Of a DNA stretch of 64,000 bases, positions 1-12,474 are shown piece after piece. Position 1 is the stretch's first letter. The number at the start of each line of letters is the position of its first letter. This DNA comes from Hormiphora californensis (taxonomy: Eukaryota; Animalia; Ctenophora): assembly GCA_020137815.1 (NCBI GenBank), contig CM035355.1:3720001-3784000 (forward strand), given 5' to 3'. The notes below the pieces were generated by a model. That model was not told the origin of the DNA. It ran no database searches and saw only the letters and a program-made list of their open reading frames with translations. Position numbers and translations under genes: made by a program.

Positions 1-3000
1 GGAAGGGGATTTGGGGGAAAAGAGAAGGAAAAGGGGGGGGGGGAAGAAAAGAGAGAACCGAAAGAGAACAAAGGGGGAAAAGGGCCCCAGAAGAAAATTT
101 TTCTATTAACAATTTGGAAATTAAGATTTTGGGATAAACTTCGGTGGGGGAGATAGGACCGGAGTTTGATGGGTTTTAAGATGGGGGAGGGGCAATGGGT
201 GAGCGGGGATATAGGAAATTTTTGGGGGGAAAGAAGAAAAAAGGGGGAGAGGGGAAAAGAGGGGAAAAGAGGGGAAAAGAGACCCCCCCCCGAGGGGAAG
301 AGAGGGGGAAAAGGGAGGGGGGAGCGAGGAAAAAGGAGAGGGGGAGAGGAGAGGAAAAAATAAAGAGAGGGGAGGGGAGGGGAGAGGAGAGAGGAGGGGA
401 GGAGAGAGAGGGGAAAAGGGAGGGGGGGAGAGAGAGATTTGAGGGGGAAGAGGGGGAGAAGAGGGGAGGGGAGAGAGAGGGAAAAAAGAGAAAAAGGGGA
501 AAGAGAGACGAGAGAGAGAGATGAGATGGGGAGAAAAGAGAGGGGGGGAAGGAGAAAGGGGGGGGTTTATGTTTTACACGCACTGGGAGAAAAAAACCCC
601 AAATTTATTCCCTCAACCCTTGTCCCTCACTTCCTTTTGTCGTCATTTGCCCGGGTTTTGTCTTCGATCGTAAGTGGAATCACTTCTAGCCTGGGGGAAG
701 AAGGAGTACGGGGTGAGAGGAAGGAGAAAAGGGGGCGGGGAGAGGGGAGGTACAGAGAGAAGTTTAAATGATGAATTTTGGGTTTGGGAAAAACCCCCGA
801 AAAAAAGGGAAAAATTTTAGAGAGAAGAATAGAAAGTAAAATTTGTGGTTTTAAGAGAAAAGCTGAAAAGCAGGGAAAAAAAGGGAAAAGAGTCTTTGTG
901 AGGGGAAAGCGAGAAGAAAAAACTCATTTTTTTGGGCCCGCTTTACCCAAAGGACAGCGATATCAAAAATGTCCTTTGTACATTGGGGAATTAGGCTATT
1001 GTAGTTTTGGGAGATTTTATTGCAATAAAATCACGATAGAAATATACCCAAAAAGGTTTTTTTCAACTGGGAAAACCCCCCAACGAAAATTATACCTTTT
1101 CTTTGCTTTTTTACTACTAAGGGGAACCCGACGAATGAGGTAGAGATGGAAAGATAGAGAGAGAGGGCAATAGAGAAAAAGAGAGTGAGAGAGAGAGAGA
1201 AAGAGCAAATATAAAGAGAGATAGAAAGAATGATACGAACCTGTAAATTTCGAGACGCAGCGAATCAAGAACTGTCCGTATATGTTCAAAACACATATCG
1301 AACTTTTCTTGGAGAGCACCCAGTGGGTTCATAGGTTCCCCCGGGTTAAAGAGAGACATAGAGGGGAGAGAGACATAGGGGGGGGAGAGACATAGGGGGA
1401 AAGGGAGAAAAGGGGGAGAGAGATCCCAGTTTCTACTAGCAGAAAAATCCCCATTCTGGGACTTGTATCTTTCACAGGGGGGGGGGGGAGCGACAATAAT
1501 TTTTACCAAGGTATATATCCAAAAATAGAATCCCCAAATTTTTCGAAAAAATTTAAAAGATTATAAAGTTAAGAGGGGCATTTTAAAACTTGCATTTTTT
1601 TAAAAAATTTTCGAATTGAAAAAAAAAGTTGGTTCCAAAAAAAATTTTTTCCGATCAAAAAGGGATCTTTTTAGGGGGAAATTTTGTTTGAGCTCTTTCG
1701 GGGCCTGAATCGAAACTCAACATTTCTTTTAAAATCCCCATTTTTAAAAAGATTTAGCCCCCCCAAACTAAAGGGAAAGAAATCAAAAAAAACCCTTTTT
1801 CGTTTTCAGGAAAATCCCCCCCCCAACTTTTTGGGATTTACCCCCTCACTGACAAAAGGAGTGATCTGTACTGTTTGGCAGGGGTTTCGAAGATAGGTAA
1901 AACTGTTTGTGACCAAGGCAAACCAGCGACTGCATACAAAAAATGCCCCCCCGGCCCACATGATAACTTTGTGCTAAAAAGGGCTTTTTTTTAGACATTC
2001 AAATTTAAAAAATTTCTTCAAATAACTCCAAAAAATTTGATAAGGGCCCTTTCCCCAGGGGCCCCTTACAGAGGCTTTTGGAGCCTTCCCTTTGGGAATG
2101 AAATTTCCCCCACCCTGCGCTAGCTCCGGAGGGGTGATTTCGAAACCCAAAGCCTTACCAGAGGTTTGAGTCAAAAATTTCTTTGGCAAAAATTTTAAAT
2201 AGACTAATCCACTTAAAATTTGGCGGCAAAAAAGGGTTTCTCTCCTCGAGATTATATTTTAAGTTTAGATACCGCGTCTGATCGAATATCGTTTTAAGCA
2301 AGTATCCAAAATCACACACTGTCCCTCCAAAACCCTTCTTATCTGAGTGACCAAAGGGGGTTATTATTTTTGAAACAATTTTTCAGGGACAAAATTCCGC
2401 CAGGTTTTTTTTGTTTTTTTGTTTTAAAAAACGTTTGGGAAACCCCAGCCAGGTTAAAAATATATAGTGGTGTCTCTCTCCCATCATGTATTTTCATCAT
2501 CTATGTGTGTCGCCGTAAACCCTGGTTATTGTCGAGTTTTTTGCCAAGGGGGGGTTTTAGTCGAGTTTGCACTGTCAGGTTTTCCCCTAAGAAATTTTTC
2601 CCGCTTTTCTCATTAGCACAAACTGATCTGAGGGGGAAAGGGCAGTAATGAAGCCCCTGTTGATGGAACTAGCCAAGGGGTATTGATTTTAGGGGGGGTA
2701 GGGTTTGGAAAAAGGGATGGGGGGCAATGAAAAAACCCAAAAACCCCGGGTGGTTGGGTTTTATATTTGGCCTCAAATATCACATTACAATCGCCCCGTC
2801 AGTAGTCACCCTTTCAATCTGTCACTTACATGCTACAAAGTTCCCAATAAAAATACACGTACCCCCAAAGGGGGAAAGAAAAAGGGTCTCTTGGAAGTTG
2901 GTGTAGGCCAAAATTTTTATAAAAGTAGGCCCAAAGGGTAGTTTTGATCCCAAAAAACAAAATTCAAACTCGGCGAAGGAGAGAGAAGGGGGTGTTTGTA

Positions 3001-3950
3001 GTATTTGATTGGGTTTTTAAAAAGAGAGAGAGGATGTTAGTAGTATAGATTGGGTTTGTAGAAAGAAAAGAGAGGGTGTTATAGTTAATAGATTTGGGTT
3101 TTTAGAAGAAAGGGGAGGGTGTTGTTTTGAATAATATTGGGAATTAAAATGGGTTTCTAAATTAGTGACCAAGGGTTTCCACGAAATAATGTTCCCAAAA
3201 AGGAAACAACAGTCAAATCTATTTCCGGGAGAATAAAAGGGGTTTGGGGAGGGGTAAAATCAGAATACTATGAAAAACTCGTACAGTTTAAACCAAAAGG
3301 GGGTTTTTCCAAAGTCCCTTTTTTTTCCTTGGGGGGGGGAAGGATATAAAATTAATAAAAAGATGAGAGCTAAAAAAGCTCTTTTTTATAGTGTATACCA
3401 TGGTTTTTTTAAAATTTAAAATTGCCCAAAAATAAACATAATATATTTATTTTACCCCAAAGTTTTAACATATATATGTGGGGTGTACTCAAACCAAAAA
3501 TTGGGGTTTTGGTGATGATGATGAACACGGTAGAAAACTAATAATGGGGATTTGGGGATGATATTTCTGGTCCAAAAAGAGTGCACGATCCCAGCATTGT
3601 TTTGAAATTTGAACAGTGAGACAATGTGAGTCCAAATTTTGGGACAAAGTGAATCACATTATGTGAAAAATTGAGGGCAAAAAAGTGACGCCACAAATAT
3701 GTTGGCTTGTTAATTAAGGGGGTGTTTAAGCAAGGGGGGACGATGTTCATGTAATCAAAGTAAACGGTTTTTTAAAAAAACAATTGATACAACTTCCCAA
3801 AGAACCCCCAATTTTACATTTTTGAGGATGCACGTGATGGGGGAAACAGAGGCAAAATTAAAGAAAAAAGATAATTAAAGCCGGGGGGTTAGTAAAAATT
3901 GGGAGGGAAAAAGTAAAATTTTCTTTCTGGAATAAAAAAATTTGGGGGTT
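1..3950. other. Low-quality, homopolymer-inflated sequence; about 1350-3950 is a degraded copy of about 4190-6810
   Basis: Colinear match to 4190-6810 with differences almost all being homopolymer expansions (e.g. 'cagggggggggggggagcgac' vs 'cagtagggggggagcgac'). Confidence 0.85.
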
Positions 3951-3951
3951 T

Positions 3952-6900
3952 TTATGAACGATGGAATATAGGCTGATTGATCCCAAATTGCGAATGCTGT
4001 GCCCATAAATCCACTGATGTGAAATAGATGAATTCAGTGATAGAAAGTGAGTTGGGTGGTAGCAATGGTGAAGGGATTGAGGGTTCTTGGTTGATGACGG
4101 TTTTCGCGATTGAAGAAGTTCCGTTGATGTTAAAAAATAGACTTTGGGAGAGAGACGAAAAACAGTCGTAAGCGATAAGCCAAATCAGAAAAGAGAGAGA
4201 CATAGAGGGAGAGAGAGGGGAGAGAGAGATGCAGTTTCTACTAGCAGAAAAATTCTCCATTCTCTGACTTGTATGCGTCACAGTAGGGGGGGAGCGACAA
4301 TAATTATACCAAGGCTATATATCCAGAAATAGAATACCCATGTTTCGAAGAAATAAAAGATTTATAAAGTTAAGAGGGGCAGTTTAAACTTGCAGTTTTA
4401 TAAAATTCGCATTGAGAAACAAGTTGGTTCCAAAAAAATGTTTCGATCATAAAGATCTCTTTAGTGGAATTGATTGAGCTCTTTCGTGCTGAATCGAAAC
4501 TCAACATTTCATTTTAAAATTCACATTGTGTATAAAAGATTTAGCCTCCCAACTCACTGAAAGAAATCTATAATCCTTTTCGTTTTCAGGAAAATCCCCC
4601 CACGTTTTGTACTTACCCCCTCACTGACAGAATGGAGTGTATCTGATACTGATTTGGCAGAGTTTCGAAGATAGGTAAAACTGATGTGATCCAAGGCATT
4701 AACCAGCGACTGCATATCAAACATTGCCCCACGGTCACATGATAACGTGTGCTGAAAAGGGTGTTAGACATTCAAATTAAAATTTCTTCAAATAACTCCA
4801 ATAAATGATAATGACCTCACCAGAGGCCTTACCAGAGGCTTGAGCCTTACCTTGGTAATGTAATTCCCCCTCTGCGCTAGCTCACGGAGGGGTGACTTCG
4901 TAACCAAAGCCTTACCAGAGGCTTGAGTCTAAAATCTGTGGCAAAAAATTTAATAGACTAATCCACTTACAATGGCGGCAAAAACGGTCCTCTCCTCTGA
5001 GATTATATTCTTCAAGTTTAGATACCGCGTCTGATCGAATATCTGTTCAAGCAAGTATCCAAACTCACACACTGTCCTCTCTCCTAACTCATTCTTTATC
5101 TGAGCTGCACAGGAGGTTATTATAGTGAAGACAATATTCAGGGACAATATTCAGCCAGGTTTGTTTGTTTGTTTGTTAAAGACGTCTTAGGAACCTCAGC
5201 CAGGTTAACTATATAGTGGTGTCTCTCTCTCATCATGTATGTCATCATCTATGTGTGTCAGCTGTCACCATGGTTATTGTCGAGTTTGTTGCCAAGGGGT
5301 TATAGTCGAGTTTGTCACTGTCAGGTTGTCACTAAGAAATTCCAGCTTTTCTCATTAGCACAATCTGATCTGAGAGAAGACATGTAACTTGAAGCCATGT
5401 TGATGGCAACTAGCCAAGGGGTATTGATTTTGTGCGGGGGTAGGTTGGAAAGAGGGATGGGGGGCAATGAAACCAACCACACGGGTGGTTGTTTCATATT
5501 TGGCCTCAAATATCACATACAATCGCCTGTCAGTAGTCACGTATATCAATCTGTCACTTACATAGCTACATGTTCCTACTCACATACACGTACCCAAGGC
5601 GGATGAATGATCTCTTGGAAGTTGGTGTAGGCCACATTTGTATACCAAGTAGGCAAGGCTAGTTTTGATCAAAACCAAACTCTCAATCTCGGCTGAAGGA
5701 GAGAGAAGGGATGTTAGTAGTATAGATTGGGTTTGTAGAAGAGAGAGAGGATGTTAGTAGTATAGATTGGGTTTGTAGAAGAGAGAGAGGATGTTAGTAG
5801 TATAATAGATTGGGTTTGTAGAAGAGAGAGGGTGTTAGTTATGAATAATATTGACATAGCTGGTTGCTAGTTAGTGACAAGATACCACTATAATAATGTC
5901 CAATAGGATCAACAGTCAACTCTATGCCGGAGAATAAGAGGGTGGCGATGATAAATCAGTAATACTATGATCTACGTCTACAGTTTACACGTGTGCAATG
6001 TGTGTGTGAATGTGATGAAGTATATAAAATTAATAACAAGATGAGAGCTCCAAGAGCTCTGTATAGTGTATACCATGGTATTAGTTTCAGATGCTAACAA
6101 TAATCATAATATATTCATTCACGCATGTGTGTGTGTGTGTGTGTGGCTCTAGGTTATAGCGTACCAAACTCTGCCGCACGACAGAACGGTGTTGCAACCT
6201 GTCATAAAGTCTGTGGTCTGTATGAAAGATAGTAGTTAAAATATCACGCTCAAAATTACACCAAAATCAAACAAAATTTCTCTGATATTCTAACTGTTTG
6301 TGGTCTGTATTCGGGCACTCTCACGCAAGCTTTTTGTCCTGTCAGCTTCTGAGCTTCACGCATGTTGTAGACATATATTATGTGTGTGTACTCAAACCAA
6401 AGCTTAGTTTAGTGTGATGATGATGATACACGGTAGAACTAATAATGGGGATTGGAGATGATATTACTGGTCCTATTTAAGTAGTGCACGATCCTAGGCA
6501 TTGTATAGAATTTAGAACAGTGAGACAATGTGAGTCACATTATGTGACAATGTGACTCACATTATGTGACAATGTGAGTCAAATAATGTGACGCCACAAA
6601 TATGTTGCAGCTTGTATAATTATAGGGGGATGTTTTATAGCAGGTGACGATGTTTCAGTGTACTCAATGTATCAGGTTTTAAAAGAACAATTGATACAAC
6701 TTCAATGAACCTCATCACATATTGAGGATGCACGTGATGGGGAAACTAGAGGCAAAATTAAAGAATATATATGGTTAGTATGGGAAGTACTGCTTTCTGA
6801 ATAGGGTGGGTTCCAGCTACACCAACCAGCCGCGAAACTGGCCGGTTGGTTCAGCAGAAATAGATGATGAAACTCTGATCTCAAACAAAACATTCGGGTA

Positions 6901-7588
6901 GCCAGTCACTACACAAACTGATATTATACCAAGGATTACATGCTAAATACTTCAAGAAAATATACAAATAAGGAAGACATACAAAAGGAATAGTTACTGC
7001 ATGACCCATACACATTATATATGCCTCAATATAGGGTGGACATTCACTCTTTAGTACATGACCTGACATACTGCAGTACTGAAACAAACTTGTTTCGCTT
7101 TGACATACTGTACTATCTAAACAAAGTTGAAGTAGTCGTCTTTTAGAATGTATGTATGATGTGGAGTAGTATGCTCTAGATGTAGTGATGTGAAATGGAC
7201 GTCCTAAGCAAACAAATGAGCTGCGGCGAACACAAAACAAAACAATACTATCGTTTGGTTTATTACATATCCCGGTTGAGCACCCAATCAAAAGTAAAGC
7301 ATTAATATTATAGGTGGGCCTAACTAGGTCTGGCAACAATACGGAGAAGACACGAAAAAAAAACAACAACAAAAAACAATACAACATCAAAAGACCCCCC
7401 TTTCACAACTTACTATCATGGTACTTGTTGGCCTTTAGAGCAGGCCAGATCATCTGCTGCATAAAGTAGTCATAAGATTGCTTCTGGTGCTCTACCAGGT
7501 AGGCCAGATGAAGGGAAGGCCAGTTTACTACCTGCTGCTGTTCTGCACCTCCAGCTGCCGTTCCGGGCCAAGATCCACTCCCGTTCAT
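3952..7588 (-). CDS. Unidentified multi-exon protein-coding gene (approximate exons 7413-7588, 5595-5692, 5333-5409, 4970-5100, 4617-4752, 3952-4140)
   Basis: Open frames bounded by polypyrimidine-AG acceptors and GT donors (gtaagt near 7413, 4969, 4616) with compatible phases across several junctions; no family recognised. Confidence 0.5.
4852..4907. mobile_element. 56-bp MITE, TTGG...CCAA ends, 9-bp TSD AGCCTTACC (Mutator-like)
   Basis: TSD at 4843-4851 and 4908-4916; related copies at 49837-50414 and 58766-58827. Confidence 0.75.
5700..5840. repeat. Intronic minisatellite (about 40-bp unit GAGAGAGAGGATGTTAGTAGTATAGATTGGGTTTGTAGAA, about 3 copies)
   Basis: Direct tandem repeats. Confidence 0.8.
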
Positions 7589-7674
7589 GCCGCCAGCCCT
7601 TATATAGTGCAGCTATAAACACATGGGGTATTAATTAAAATGGTAGAGATTAGCACGGAGAAGACACAAAAGAG

Positions 7675-7783
7675 CAGGAACCGACCGAATCAGGAAATAC
7701 TGGTCCCTGATTGGCTGATCACCACTCACGTGACCTAAATAACGAGTTCTGATTGGTTGTTTACTTGTTTCGGTCGGTTCCTG
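7675..7783 (+). mobile_element. 109-bp hAT-type MITE (TIR CAGGAACCGACCGA)
   Basis: TIRs; 8-bp TSD CAAAAGAG; further copies at 26971-27079 and 52893-53009. Confidence 0.85.
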
Positions 7784-8756
7784 CAAAAGAGGTAGTGGTA
7801 TTGAAATTACAAATACCCTACAACATCTCTAATTACAAATACTATCATGTTAGAAATTACAAATGTTTAGAATTTTGTTGTGTCCATGGCGCCGTAGGAC
7901 TTTCAAGGACGTAGTACTTTTGAAGGCTGACTAAATATGACAGTGGCCTGGGTATGATTTATTACATGTCCTGCAAAACATTCGGTCTTCCCGGAATTCA
8001 CAGGATTCGGGGAACTATCTCCCTTTGAGACTCAATCCATAAACAATTGTTAACGTATTGTGTCATGTGAATGCCGCAACATAAAATTTGGTAGATTGTA
8101 CGGGAAACGCTACCAGATCCAGAAGCTATACACACCAAGACCCTAACAAAGGAAAAAACGTTCCCTGCTCCTGCAGCCCAGAAAATTTCATTTAGGCCAG
8201 GATTAGTGTGATACCCCTACCCTAGCCCTGTCGATTACATCGTGTGGCTTGGTGTCCTGCGACACTGTGTCCACACTCTGCACGGAACACATAAAAAGAA
8301 AGTATGAACAATTCTAGTGTCGCCACGGTTGAGTCGCTTGACACTGTGTCCGTGCTCCAAAAGAAAGTATGAACAATTCAAGGCAGTACTAGAGAATATA
8401 CGTGTCGCCATGGTGGTTGACCACGGTCTTCCTGGAGCGTCTGAAGTAACAGGCTTTACATAAACTGACTGGTGGGTGGCATTACTCCGGCGGAGAGCCC
8501 GCGCGCACTGTGTTCGATGAGACGATTGCTACTTTTGGGCAGGTCATCCTCCAGAAGCAGCATTCACAAACAAACAATACTAAAAGGCATCGTTTAAAGA
8601 GAAGTAAATTTTTCCTTTTTTTTTTAAAATGGTTTTAAAGCTTTTTAAATCTGAAAAAAAGTTGACAAGGGCAATCCCAAAAAAACATGATATAGTCCTT
8701 TGACTGAAATATAACGTGACTCTAACGTGACTCTATGTTACATAGTAAACTTCATG

Positions 8757-8759
<3 letters not shown>

Positions 8760-8832
<73 letters not shown>

Positions 8833-8906
8833 GAAAAGAGTTAGAAAGAGAGAGGAAAAGAGTTAGAAAGAGAGAGAGAGTGTGTGTGTGAGAGCGAGCG
8901 AGAGTT

Positions 8907-8951
<45 letters not shown>
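8760..8951. repeat. (GA)n microsatellite array
   Basis: Direct observation. Confidence 0.9.
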
Positions 8952-8953
<2 letters not shown>

Positions 8954-9164
8954 TATGTCTCTGGATAAATTAAAATCCAGTGCACTCAAATTAGACCCAT
9001 ACTGCACAGCACCAGCTGTACTACCAGCAGGTGTTATATGGCCTTGTAATACACTCATTACCACCACACTATAACATATATATATATATATATATATGTA
9101 GAAGAGGAAGAGAGTCCGAGCTCGAGGTAGTGTGTATGTGAAGAAGTAAGACGAGGGGTTAATA

Positions 9165-9208
9165 AAACACAACTAGTTTCATCAGTCAATCTGAATCCTC
9201 AGGTGTTT
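9165..9208 (-). ncRNA. Minimal type I hammerhead ribozyme (PLE pLTR, inverted copy)
   Basis: Exact reverse complement of 24068-24111. Confidence 0.8.
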
Positions 9209-9276
9209 GCACGTGCAGACCAGGTTGGCTTCCCTGGTAACAGTGCTGGCGCTAGAGTGTCACCCCAACCATCCCA

Positions 9277-10129
9277 TCAGTGGAGACACGGTCGGACAAG
9301 CTCTCTCAATTCTTGTTCGACCACCTCTCGGTGATGGTGTGATCCTTGATCACACTTAAAAATGGGGAAAATTTTGAACTTAGTGTCTAAATTCGAGGCA
9401 CATCTTCTGATATGTTTGGAGACTTGGAGCTTTCCATTCTCGATATTGTTGATGTGGGAGCGGTGGAGATTCATTCGTTCACTGAGGGTTCTCCCTGTTT
9501 CTCCAATATATTCTCCTCCACATCCGCTACAGACTATCAGGTAAATCAGGTCTTTGCTTTTGCAGCTCATCGTGTGGTTTCTGGTGAGTACAGTTCCATT
9601 TTGGGTAGTGAAGTTCCCCTCCTGAATACTAGCTGGGCATGTTTTGCAACGTTTATCCTCACATCGGGTGAATGGTTGGCCCCCTGTTTTATTTTGTTCT
9701 ATGTATTGGTCCCTCTTCTTGGAGAGTGAGAGGATTCGACGAAGGTTTGGTGGCTGTCTGCGTGCGGCAATTATCTTTGTTGGCATGCTCGCAGTGGTAT
9801 GTTTGAGGTTCATACACGCCTGTTTTAGACGTATGGCTGGGTCTACTATAGTAGGGTTGTAGGTACTGGTAAAGATTATCTGGTCTCTTGGAGCTGCTTC
9901 TTTTTCATTTGTTTGGAGCAGTGTTTTTCTTTCCAGTGACCCAGCTTTGTTGATAGCATCACCAATTAGTTTTTCTGGGTATCCTCGGCGTTGGAGTTTG
10001 GGGCGGAGTTCAGCGAGTCTTTTGGCCTTTAGTTCATTGCTGGATACGATCGTGGCGATTCTGCGGGCCAGTGTGTACGGAATGTTCCGTTTAACGTGTC
10101 TAGGTGCACACGATTGGAAGTGAAAGTAG
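9277..10129 (-). pseudogene. Inverted 3' fragment of the PLE ORF (thumb, Zn knuckle, GIY-YIG endonuclease)
   Basis: CEDKRCKTC, LIYLIVCSGCGGEYIGETGRTLSERMNLH; uninterrupted counterpart of 19184-19777 plus 23742-24000. Confidence 0.9.
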
Positions 10130-10506
10130 GGAGGAACAAGAAAGAGACAAGAACAAGGAACCTCTCTATCTGCCGTCGAACCAGGTATCTGATTTCCCTG
10201 GTGACAGTGCTGGTGGGGGGGGCTGATCTTTTGACAGGGGGGAGAGTTTTTTTCAAAAATTCACAAACTAGGTCTAACACTCGAGGCACATCTTCTCGCG
10301 GAACCCGCAGACCAGTCTCCCGAAAGACCTCACCTCAACGATCACCTCGTCGAGAATCCCCCCGTAATCGCCCGACCAGACACCCAGCCCAATACAAACA
10401 CAACAGGGGGACCCGCAACAACCGGGGCACCAGAACATACAGCCCTGACACAGGCAACTTGAACGAGGATTTTCAAGGACCCCCCCACAGACCCAACCGA
10501 TGTTAA
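10130..10506 (+). CDS. C-terminal part of PLE ORF1 (basic, SPR-rich), 5'-truncated at the inversion junction
   Basis: RKTSPQRSPRRESPRNRP...NEDFQ; overlaps the RT ORF, which is in the -1 frame. Confidence 0.55.
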
Positions 10507-11390
10507 CGACTACAACTCCGATAGAAGTGTTCAATTTTAGCGACCACATACTGACCAAAGAAGAATGGCAGGTGGTCAAACTGGGACTTAAATTTGTACC
10601 TGACCCTGACTGGTCCGACAGAGATTTTACACAGCTTAAAACTGACCTCAAACAGTTTCAAATTAAACTACGGAGAGAGGAACACTTCCGGAGACAAACA
10701 ACAAACGAGAACAACATTTTGGATAACGAACCTACTCAAACGAGGAAGGACATGTTTACTAACCCTAGCCGTTGGATACCTGACCCAAGTGACGACAGGT
10801 TGTTCCAGAATATACTGGAAAACATTGGACAACAAGCAAACACACTACCAGAACGACACAAACAATTCAAAAGTAATGTAACCGGACGCCAACGGAAGGC
10901 TATTGGATCGCTAGCACGGAATAACGAAATAGTCCTGAAAGAAGCAGATAAAGGAGGAGCGACAGTCATCCTCAACAAACGAGACTATCATGAGAAAATG
11001 TACGAGATATTACAGGACTCTACCACTTACACAAAAGTCACCAACTACTCCATCATTACCACCAAACGGAAAATTGAAGCATTTATCAAGAAAAATGAGG
11101 ATGCCCTTACCAAGAAAGAAAGACTATATCTCAAAAACTTTGAGATGAAGACGGGGTACATCTACGGATTACCTAAGATTCATAAATGCCCCAAACTAAA
11201 GGAGAAAACCCAAGAATGCATCTTGGCCAACAAAAACACCCTCGAGGCGAACTTCACGGATTTCAAAATCCCGTTTCGTCCAATTGTTTCAGGACGACAA
11301 TGCCCAGTAAGCAGGCTCTCAGAAATGCTGAAAATAATACTACGGCCATTTGAACAACACCTCCCACACCTAATGAGGGATAGTTATGAC

Positions 11391-11918
11391 TGTTATGGTG
11401 GTTATGTGGTGATGTATGGGTGAGTATAATTTACTGGTTTAGGGAATAGGGTACCCTAGATAACTACAGGTTACAGAAAGGCGAACAACTAAAACTATCT
11501 CAATCGGGTATCCGTGGGAAAGGCAAGGAGGATAGCTTGGCGGTGCAGGGGAAGTAAGGGTCTTCGTTCCGCTAGGGAGATGGTGTGGGATAGTAGCGGA
11601 TCGGTCCTGTTTCCAGTTCTTCATCTCGGTTATATAGTGCAGTGCCTTGTTTCCTCTGTCATCACGATAGACATAACAAAGATCGTAGGTTAAACATCTT
11701 ATCGATTCTGCTTGACGTAGGTGCTTGACGTAGGTGCTCCTCGCAGTAATAATAAAGATGGTAGGTAAATCATCTTATCGTTCTTGCTTGACATCGTACT
11801 CCTCGAACTCATAACAAATAACATATAACAATCCATCAATATAATCGTCTCCCAGGAATGATGTAATCTCTTCACGATTTATTCTGTGAAGTCAATGTGA
11901 AGGAATCATGATATAACA
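11391..11918 (-). repeat. 3' LTR of Gypsy element
   Basis: Near-identical to 18050-18577; PPT adjacent at 11919-11928. Confidence 0.95.
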
Positions 11919-12474
11919 TATCCCCCTTATTTATTTAAGGTAATTTCATGGACCTTAATTGGGCTATGAAATTGCCTAAAATGGAGTTGATAATGTTTCA
12001 ATGGTTATTTCATTGATCTGCGATATGTTGCCGAATTGAAACAAGACACTAATGTAGGTGTCATGCTAGTTACGGCGGTGTTTGATGCAATACCACAGTT
12101 AGATGTTGCCTAATATGCCAAGACACTAATGTGGGTGTCTTGTCAGTGACGGCGGTTGTTTGATGCCATAACACAGCGAGATGTTGTCCAAATGAGACAA
12201 AGCCACAATGTTGGTGGATATAATGTGGATACTATAATGACGTGTGCTATGTTGAGTTATTTTAAACTCATTATGTCTTGGTTAATCTTTCATCTTCATC
12301 GAAGTCGTAGATTCCATCTCAATACCCTGCCAATCCATCCCTCTGCGATGAACCAGTTTTTTGATCCCTCAGCCGAAAACTAGAGTTGTCCAATGATCGG
12401 GGATAACTAGTTGGTTCCATAATGTAGGGTGGGTCATCAATGGCAGGACGCTACGGTCAACTTGTAGTAGCGGT

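Noticed and set aside
166-1143. G/E/R/K-rich and P/S/L-rich ORFs
   Set aside because: Translations of GA-rich, homopolymer-corrupted sequence
8460-8570. GC-rich stretch with a CTTTTGG, considered as snRNA or SL RNA
   Set aside because: No convincing Sm site, leader or secondary structure
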